Source: an uncultured Eubacteriales bacterium (GTDB taxonomy: Bacteria > Bacillota > Clostridia > Oscillospirales > CAG-382). Taken from it: a stretch of 64,000 bases of DNA. Location of the stretch: the NCBI GenBank assembly GCA_934446675.1, contig CAKSEL010000003.1, forward strand, positions 151,318 to 215,317. The letters run 5' to 3'. Of the stretch, positions 9,901 to 16,232 are shown one piece after another; position 1 is the first letter of the stretch, and every line of letters starts with the position of its first letter. Made by a program: the position numbers and the translations under genes. The notes below the pieces were generated by a model that did not search any database, was not told where the DNA came from, and saw nothing but the letters and a program-made list of their open reading frames with translations.

Positions 9901-10500
9901 GGTCTTGACCACGTAATCGCGTCCGGCGAAGATGTAAATATCATGGTATTTGATACCGAAGTTTACTCCAATACCGGCGGACAGGCATCTAAGGCTTCCA
10001 ATATGGGACAGGTTGCACAGTTCGCAGCAGCAGGTAAGGCAATCGGCAAGAAGGATCTTGCTCAGATAGCTATGTCCTACGGCTATGTATATGTTGCACA
10101 GATCGCTATGGGCGCAGATATGAACCAGACGATCAAGGCTATGGCTGAGGCTGAAGCATATCACGGCCCGTCAATCATCATCGGCTACGCGCCTTGCGAA
10201 ATGCACGGTGTTAAGGGCGGTATGACTAACTGCCAGGCTGAAATGAAGAAGGCAGTTGCCGCAGGTTACTGGCAGATGTTCCGTTACAATCCTGCTCTTA
10301 AGGCAGAGGGCAAGAATCCATTTACTCTCGATTCTAAGGAGCCGACTGCTTCTTATATCGACTTCATTAAGAGCGAAACCCGTTACAGCAGACTTGCTCA
10401 GGCATTCCCCGAAAGAGCAGAAGAACTCTTTAATAAGGCTGCTGAACGTGCTAAGGAAAAGTACGACAGACTTATTAAGCTTAGCTCCCTCTATGAATAA
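6919..10500 (+). CDS. nifJ: Pyruvate:ferredoxin (flavodoxin) oxidoreductase
   Basis: 1193 aa. N-terminus [26 protein letters not shown]. Two 4Fe-4S ferredoxin motifs, [12 protein letters not shown] and [15 protein letters not shown] region [17 protein letters not shown]. Confidence 0.95.
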   Translation: [1193 protein letters not shown]

Positions 10501-10527
10501 TAAATTTTTGCTTGCAGCATAATTTTT

Positions 10528-10555
10528 CCGCACGGCGTTAAGCCGTGCGGTTTTT
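10528..10555 (+). terminator. Intrinsic terminator of nifJ
   Basis: CCGCACGGC GTTA AGCCGTGCGG followed by TTTTT. Confidence 0.8.
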
Positions 10556-10561
10556 ACTTAG

Positions 10562-10770
10562 GAAACGCGCTTTAGGGGTACGCGCTTTCTTTTTAAAAAG
10601 AAAGCTGCAAAGAAAACAGTAGCCCTTAATTTAGATTAAAACTGTGGGATACTCTCTGCCGCCAGCTTATACCGTTCGCAGTCGAACAGCAGGACTGCGA
10701 ACTCAGATATGAGCCGGTGCCGAAGCAAGCTATGGAAATTAAGAATAAAGGGTAATTTAATAAAATTAAG
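10562..10770 (+). repeat. X-type repeat, copy 1 (core about 10577-10738 plus conserved AT-rich tail)
   Basis: Near-identical to inverted copies at 12810-13340 and to the copy at 28072-28242. It contains the palindrome GCTTTCTTTTTAAAAAGAAAGC, the block CTGCCGCCAGCTTATACCG, the hairpin TTCGCAGTC..GACTGCGAA (10675-10701) and CTATGGAAA. No credible ORF. Confidence 0.85.
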
Positions 10771-10807
10771 TTCTGTGCGTTGAATTAAACTTTGCACAGA
10801 GTTTTTT
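10771..10807 (+). terminator. Shared repeat-family hairpin T, copy 1 (intrinsic-terminator-like)
   Basis: TTCTGTGC..GCACAGAG followed by T6. The same hairpin recurs at 12740-12778 (inverted) and 28272-28311. Confidence 0.7.
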
Positions 10808-10841
10808 ACTAAACAAAATTTGAAATAAAAAAATATATCTC

Positions 10842-10870
10842 TTGACAAAATAAGGATAATAACATATAAT
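10842..10870 (+). promoter_or_regulatory. SigmaA-type promoter of the MATE gene
   Basis: TTGACA (10842-10847), 17 nt, TATAAT (10865-10870). Confidence 0.65.
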
Positions 10871-10929
10871 ATCTGTTACACGCCTTTGGACGTGCTTTTT
10901 TGAAATTTTACAAGGAGAAAGGAAAGAAA

Positions 10930-12261
10930 ATGGAAATTAAACTCTCAGAACACTTCACTTATAAAAAACTTCTGCGTTTTTGCCTTTCGCCGATTGTCAT
11001 GATGGTGTTTACATCAATATACGGCGTTGTGGACGGATTTTTTGTTTCAAATTTCGCCGGAAAAACGTCGTTTGCGGCAATAAATCTCGTAATGCCTTTT
11101 ATAATGGTGCTCGGCGGCTTCGGATTTATGGTCGCTTCGGGTGCAAGCGCGCTTGTCGCTAAAACTCTCGGTGAAAAAGACGTAAAAAGAGCTAATGAAA
11201 TATTCTCCATGGCGATAAAGTTCACCGTAATTTTGGGTGTTATCACAAGCGTTGTCGGAATTGTTTTCATGCGCCCGATTTCCGTGCTGTTGGGTGCCGA
11301 AGAAAATATGATAACCGATTGCGTTGTCTATGGCAGAACGGTTCTTGCGTTCAATACCGCGTTTATGCTTCAGAACGGATTTCAGATATATCTGTCGGTT
11401 GCCGAAAAGCCGAAACTCGGACTTTATTATACGGTCGCCGCAGGACTTACAAATATGATTCTCGACGCGGTTTTTGTCGGACTCTTTAACTGGGGTGTTG
11501 CAGGTGCCGCCGTAGCGACAGGTATCAGCCAGTGCGTCGGCGGAATACTTCCTATATTTTATTTTATAAGGAAAAATGAAAGTCCGCTTAGAATAATAAA
11601 TGCAAAATGCGAAGCAAGACCGCTTATAAAAGCTTGCACAAACGGTTCGTCAGAGCTTATGTCAAGCGTTTCTTCGTCGATAGTCGGCGCAATTTATAAT
11701 TTTCAGCTTTTGAAATATGCCGGTCAGAACGGCGTTGCAACATACGGCGTCCTTATGTATATCCAGTTCATTTTTGTTGCGATTTTTATAGGATATACCA
11801 TAGGAATGTCGCCGATAGTTTCGTATAATTACGGCGCGCAGAACAAAGACGAGCTTAAAAGCCTGTTCAGAAAAAGCGTTATAATGATGTCGGCTGCCGG
11901 AATTATAATGATGATACTCGGCAAGGTGCTTGCATCTCCGCTGTCCGAGATTTTTGTAGGATATGATGATGAGCTTTGCGCGATGGCAACTCACGCATTC
12001 GGAATTTTTGCGTATGCATTTGTTCTCACGGGAATAAATATTTTTGCGTCGGCGTTATTTACGGCGCTCAACAACGGTGCAGTTTCGGCGATAATATCGT
12101 TTTTACGAACCCTTGTATTCCAGTCGGTGACGGTTATAATATTCCCGATAATTTTTGACATTGACGGCATTTGGTATGCTATTACTTTTGCGGAAGTATT
12201 TGCGTTTATTATTTCTGTTTCGTTTATTATCGCGAAGAGGAAGAAGTACGGCTACGCATGA
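10930..12261 (+). CDS. MATE family efflux transporter
   Basis: The track ORF 10900-12261 is trimmed to the ATG at 10930 (RBS AAGGAGAAAGG). About 12 predicted TM segments. N-terminus LLRFCLSPIVMMVFTSIYGVVDGFFVSNFAG is typical of MatE. Confidence 0.85.
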   Translation: MEIKLSEHFTYKKLLRFCLSPIVMMVFTSIYGVVDGFFVSNFAGKTSFAAINLVMPFIMVLGGFGFMVASGASALVAKTLGEKDVKRANEIFSMAIKFTVILGVITSVVGIVFMRPISVLLGAEENMITDCVVYGRTVLAFNTAFMLQNGFQIYLSVAEKPKLGLYYTVAAGLTNMILDAVFVGLFNWGVAGAAVATGISQCVGGILPIFYFIRKNESPLRIINAKCEARPLIKACTNGSSELMSSVSSSIVGAIYNFQLLKYAGQNGVATYGVLMYIQFIFVAIFIGYTIGMSPIVSYNYGAQNKDELKSLFRKSVIMMSAAGIIMMILGKVLASPLSEIFVGYDDELCAMATHAFGIFAYAFVLTGINIFASALFTALNNGAVSAIISFLRTLVFQSVTVIIFPIIFDIDGIWYAITFAEVFAFIISVSFIIAKRKKYGYA

Positions 12262-12739
12262 GGGAGCTGAACTTGAGGTTATTTGTTTTTGCCTGTTTTA
12301 GGTGGAAACGGGAAATATTCTTCAAAGTGCGACTTTGTATCTCCGCTTTTCGGAATCGAAAAGACGGGCGCTCTAAAGAGTGTAAACAAAAGATTTTCGC
12401 CGCTCAGACGCCGCAGCGAAAGCGTGGCTACGAGGAGGATTTCGCCTACCGCAACAAAGTACGCCTCCGAAATTTCAAAAAATCCTCGTTTTGCACTGTC
12501 CACAAAACTGTGTTGCGAAATCGCCGCACGACAGGCGCGCGGATGGGGTTGGTTTCTAAGTGAAATTTGTTTATCTCAGCTTTATCTCTTACGCCATGTC
12601 ACGTTGCGGTCTGCGTAAACTATGTTTCAAGTGCAAAAGTGCAATTTTTATGCGTTATTACGCAGTCAACAGGACTTACTTTTCCGACCAGCTCGCTATC
12701 GCGAGATGACTACGGCTGAATGTTACTTGTATATTTAGT
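12262..12739 (-). ncRNA. A-type large structured ORF-free element, copy 1 (candidate ncRNA; strand is a weak inference)
   Basis: Homologous to the inverted copy at 28312-28922, with conserved blocks separated by variable inserts. Helices are preserved with compensatory changes, and reading frames are not conserved between the copies. See findings. Confidence 0.4.
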
Positions 12740-12778
12740 AAAAAACTCTGTGCGAAATTTAATCTAACGCACAGAGTT
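12740..12778 (-). terminator. Shared repeat-family hairpin T, copy 2
   Basis: AACTCTGTGCG (12744-12754) / CGCACAGAGTT (12768-12778). The A6 run at 12740-12745 becomes T6 on the minus strand, downstream of the AraC gene and the X copies. Confidence 0.7.
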
Positions 12779-12780
12779 AT

Positions 12781-13343
12781 CTTTTTATTAAATTACCTTT
12801 TATTCTTGGTTTCCATAGCTTGCTTTGGCACTTGTTTAGATTTGAGTCAGCCTCCTGCCTTTTGGTGGCTGACGGTACAAGCTGGCGGCAGGGAGTACCC
12901 CACAACTTTTTCTAATTTAGGGGCTATTGTTTTCTTTGCAGCTTTCTTTTTAGAAAGAAAGCGCGTACTTTCAAAAGTTATCTTTTGTACTATGTTTCCA
13001 TAGCTTGCTTCGGCATCTGCTTAGATTTGAGTTCGCAGTCCTGCTGTTCGACTGCGAACGGTACAAGCTGGCGGCAGGGAGTACCCCACAACTTTTTCTA
13101 ATTTAGGGGCTATTGTTTTCTTTGCAGCTTTCTTTTTAGAAAGAAAGCGCGTACTTTCAAAAGTTATCTTTTGTACTATGTTTCCATAGCTTGCTTCGGC
13201 ATCTGCTTAGATTTGAGTTCGCAGTCCTGCTGTTCGACTGCGAACGGTACAAGCTGTCGGCAGAGAATATCCCACAGCTTTTTTCTAAATTAAGGGCTAT
13301 TGTTTTCTTTGCAGCTTTCTTTTTAAAAAGAAAGCGCGTATTC
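12781..13343 (-). repeat. Three tandem X-type repeats (12810-12968, 12995-13154, 13181-13340; period about 186 bp) plus conserved tail
   Basis: Direct reading shows that units 2 and 3 share their first half and units 1 and 2 share their second half. The spacer TTTCAAAAGTTATCTTTTGTACTATG is identical between units. Confidence 0.9.
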
Positions 13344-14171
13344 CTAACGCGTTTCTTCTGCGTTTTTGCCGAAATGTTTTTTGTAGGAATTGCAGAAGTA
13401 GGAGGGAGAGCAGAAACCGCAGAGCTCAGATATCTGGGCACAGGAAAGATCGGAGGAGGAGAGGAGGCTTTGAGCTTTGGAGAGTCTGTAATCAAGGAGA
13501 TATTCGTGAAAGCTTTTGCCGACCTGTTCTTTAAAAATTCTGCCGAGATATTTTTCATTGATAAAATAAGTGCGTGCAATGAGGGAGAGCGTAAGCGGCT
13601 TTGAATAATCCGACGCAATACAGTCCAATGCAATACGAACCGCCCAGTGCAGAGAGTTTCTCCGGAACGCCGGAGTTTTTGCATGGCTTTTTATAAAATT
13701 TTCGATAAGCTCGGCAATAATGCGGCACTGGCTGTCGGTGTACGGCATTGATAGATCTTTCATCACCGAGTACATGGCGTCAAAGTCGCTTTTTGCAATA
13801 TCGGCGGCTTTGCGCAGCTTTTCATGGCTCTCGTCCGGATTTTTCACAAGATTTCCTATGTAGATTATGCATAATAATTCATCGCCGGAAAAGACCGGAC
13901 GGCATATCTCGTAAAGACCGAATGCGCATAACCCTGCAAATTCGCGCCCCGAATGGCGTGCATATTCGTTGCACACCGTCTTGCACCTCATGCACATTTC
14001 AAAGCCTTTGCCAGTTGACTTCGCCATGTCGCAGAAAATTTTGCTGTGTACGCGGTATTCCTCCGGCAGACGCAGCGGTTCCTGCGAGATAATTCCCGAA
14101 ACATCGGCAACAGAAATGTGTAAATGCGTGTTTTGGCAAAATAACCCGATTAAATCCTTTAACTGCGTCAT
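13344..14171 (-). CDS. AraC-family transcriptional regulator with PocR-like N-terminal sensor domain
   Basis: C-terminal HTH_AraC (LTLSLIARTYFINEKYLGRIFKEQVGKSFHEYLLDYRLSKAQSLL..ISELCGFCSPSYFCNSYKKHFG). Cys-rich N-terminal domain (FCDMAKSTGKGFEMCMRCKTVCNEYA), as in PocR. Confidence 0.8.
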   Translation of the reverse strand: MTQLKDLIGLFCQNTHLHISVADVSGIISQEPLRLPEEYRVHSKIFCDMAKSTGKGFEMCMRCKTVCNEYARHSGREFAGLCAFGLYEICRPVFSGDELLCIIYIGNLVKNPDESHEKLRKAADIAKSDFDAMYSVMKDLSMPYTDSQCRIIAELIENFIKSHAKTPAFRRNSLHWAVRIALDCIASDYSKPLTLSLIARTYFINEKYLGRIFKEQVGKSFHEYLLDYRLSKAQSLLSSSDLSCAQISELCGFCSPSYFCNSYKKHFGKNAEETR

Positions 14172-14342
14172 GTATATAACTCCCGGTATGTAAATTGCGT
14201 TTCTTTCACGCTTACGCCGTTATTGTATCACAAAAGTGTAATTTTTGCAATAAAAAATGTAATTTATGCATTGCTTTAAGCAATTTTCAGAGGTAATATA
14301 TAACCGTAAGAATAATTTTTTGCAAAGGAAGGCTTTGTATAT

Positions 14343-15620
14343 ATGGAAAATTATGATGTTGCGGTAATAGGCGGCGGATTTGCGGGACTTGCGGCTGCGG
14401 TTTCGGCGTCAAGACAGGGCGCAAAAACGATACTCGTCGAAAAAAGCGGAGCGCTCGGCGGCGCAATGAATTTGGCGCTCGTTATGCCGTTTATGAAGAA
14501 CGGCACGGTTATCGACGGTAAGTTCACAAGGCTCAGCGAAGGAATCTTCGCAGAAATATGTACCGAAGCAAGTAAGCTCATGCAGGAGTGCGAAGGTATA
14601 GAAACAGATCCCGCACTGCTTTGGAATTATAATGAAGAATATATGAAAATAGTCTTTAACAGACTTGCAATCAAATACGGCGTTACACTGTTGTTTCACT
14701 CGTATCTTTCCGAGGTGAAAAAAGACGGTGATAAGATAACCTCCGCCGTGCTTTGCGGACGTTCGGGAAAGTTTGAGCTTTCGGCAAAGGTCTTTGTTGA
14801 CGCAACCGGCGACGCAACCCTTGCGTATCTTTCGGACTGCCCGTTCAGACTCGGACGCGACGACGGACTCTGCCAGCCCATGACGCTGTGTTTCCGTGTT
14901 GGCGGCGTTGACAGGGAGACTGTCAGAACTCTTCCGTCGAAGGTTAAGGATATAAACGCGCTGTACGATAAATTCAAGGCTGAGGGCAAAATTAAAAATC
15001 CGCGCGAAAACGTGCTTATGTTCAGAACCTTTGTTGACGGCTGTATACACTTCAATTCCACGCGCGTGGTAAAGCTGAACCCGACCGATCCGCTGGATCT
15101 GTCCAAAGCCGAAATACAGGCGCGCGAACAGGTGCTCGAACTGTTTTTGTTTATGAAGAATAATATTCCCGGCTTTGAAAAAGCAGAGCTTCTCATGACC
15201 GCAAACGAGATCGGCGTAAGAGAAAGCCGCATGATAATAGGAAAATACGTGCTTACCGGAGACGACCTTAAAAACTGCACAAAATTCGAGGATTCGATCG
15301 CGTTCGGAAACTATGATATAGATATTCATAATCCCGAAGGCAGCGGAACCAGCCATTACTATTTCGGTCCCGGCGAGTATTATTCCATACCTTACCGCAG
15401 CCTTGTGCCGCAGAAAGTCTCAAATCTGCTTGTTGCCGGAAGATGTATCTCGGCGGATCATGACGCACAGGCGTCAATACGCATAATGCCGATAGTCTGC
15501 ACAATAGGAGAGGCGGCAGGTACGGCGGCAGCACTTTGTGCGGGTACAGGTATAAAGCCGGAAAACCTTGATACCGTAAAGCTCCGCGAAATCTTAAAGC
15601 AAAACGGGGCACTGTGCTGA
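14343..15620 (+). CDS. FAD-dependent oxidoreductase (FAD_oxidored-type)
   Basis: Dinucleotide-binding motif YDVAVIGGGFAGLAAAVSASRQGAKTILVEK at the N-terminus. 425 aa. Confidence 0.8.
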   Translation: MENYDVAVIGGGFAGLAAAVSASRQGAKTILVEKSGALGGAMNLALVMPFMKNGTVIDGKFTRLSEGIFAEICTEASKLMQECEGIETDPALLWNYNEEYMKIVFNRLAIKYGVTLLFHSYLSEVKKDGDKITSAVLCGRSGKFELSAKVFVDATGDATLAYLSDCPFRLGRDDGLCQPMTLCFRVGGVDRETVRTLPSKVKDINALYDKFKAEGKIKNPRENVLMFRTFVDGCIHFNSTRVVKLNPTDPLDLSKAEIQAREQVLELFLFMKNNIPGFEKAELLMTANEIGVRESRMIIGKYVLTGDDLKNCTKFEDSIAFGNYDIDIHNPEGSGTSHYYFGPGEYYSIPYRSLVPQKVSNLLVAGRCISADHDAQASIRIMPIVCTIGEAAGTAAALCAGTGIKPENLDTVKLREILKQNGALC

Positions 15621-15764
15621 AAAAGGCATAAACCGCTTTTTGATAAACCGAAAAATTAGCATAAAAAATCAGCTTGGCGCGGAAAAATTTCAAATCCGTA
15701 CTAAGCTGTTTTTTCTATACAAAATTTTGAAAACGCCGCGAAAAATAAAGCCGCGTATACGCGC

Positions 15765-16034
15765 TTAATCTGCTGTTTGCGCACCGTCCGTTTCGGAATT
15801 GTCCGCAGTGCCGTTTGCGTCGGACGACATACCGATGTCCGTGCCGTCCGGGGAAAGCTGATTTTCGCCGTTTTCGGCGTATGTATCCGAAATATCCGTG
15901 CCGCCGGTGCCGAAATCAAATTCATGCTCTCCCGACATTGTTCTGAAACCGAAATGTATAAGCAAAACGGCAAGAATTCCGAAAACTATAAGCCCCGTAA
16001 CAAACGCCGTGAGAAATATTTTAAAGTTCTGCAT
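15765..16034 (-). CDS. Small membrane-anchored protein, acidic tail (hypothetical)
   Basis: 89 aa. One N-terminal TM helix (IFLTAFVTGLIVFGILAVLLI) followed by an Asp/Gly/Thr-rich tail. No family recognised. Confidence 0.45.
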   Translation of the reverse strand: MQNFKIFLTAFVTGLIVFGILAVLLIHFGFRTMSGEHEFDFGTGGTDISDTYAENGENQLSPDGTDIGMSSDANGTADNSETDGAQTAD

Positions 16035-16124
16035 ATGTCCAACCCCTTTGTATAGAGTTTAGCACAGTTAAACTGTTTTGGCAATAATTAAATCAATATT
16101 TTCAGAACTTAATTTTTAAAAAAA

Positions 16125-16153
16125 TTGACACGGAAAATATTTTGTGATATAAT
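16125..16153 (+). promoter_or_regulatory. SigmaA-type promoter of the Big_2 surface protein gene
   Basis: TTGACA (16125-16130), 17 nt, TATAAT (16148-16153). Confidence 0.6.
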
Positions 16154-16232
16154 TTATGCGTATAGTTGTATTTTTGCTTAAAATCCAGACAAAATCAGTG
16201 TATTTTGTATAATTCTGAAAGGAAAGTGTTCC

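Noticed and set aside
8035-10164. 709-aa ORF on the minus strand (also 7015-7992 minus, 325 aa) inside the pyruvate:ferredoxin oxidoreductase gene
   Set aside because: It is entirely antisense to a gene with unambiguous PFOR motifs. Its composition is Cys/Leu/Arg-rich shadow-frame, with no RBS or recognisable domain.
12171-12618. ORFs 12171-12563 (+), 12283-12618 (+), 12279-12503 (-) and, at the second locus, 28487-28744 (-), inside the A-type element
   Set aside because: The two element copies share nucleotide blocks, but the shared peptide snippets (LFGIEK, ARMGLVSK) fall in different frames and are interrupted by indels. No RBS is present. The sequence conservation is better explained by structure or DNA than by coding.
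13031-13066. Group II intron domain V-like hairpin ending in CGGTAC inside the X repeat
   Set aside because: The stem is a perfect 10 bp with a 9-nt loop. It lacks the 2-nt bulge, the AGC triad geometry and the GNRA loop. The hairpin is replaced by an unrelated sequence in other copies, which a catalytic domain V would not tolerate. No RT ORF is present.
12810-13340. Possible CRISPR array, because of regularly spaced repeats
   Set aside because: The repeat unit is about 160 nt with an identical 26-nt spacer each time. There are no unique spacers, no short palindromic 24-48-nt repeats and no cas genes in the window.
12806-13684. ORFs 12806-13003 (+), 13157-13684 (-) and 13191-13604 (+), overlapping the tandem X repeats and the AraC gene
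   Set aside because: They are generated by the repeat sequence itself or are antisense to the well-supported AraC-family gene. They have no start context.
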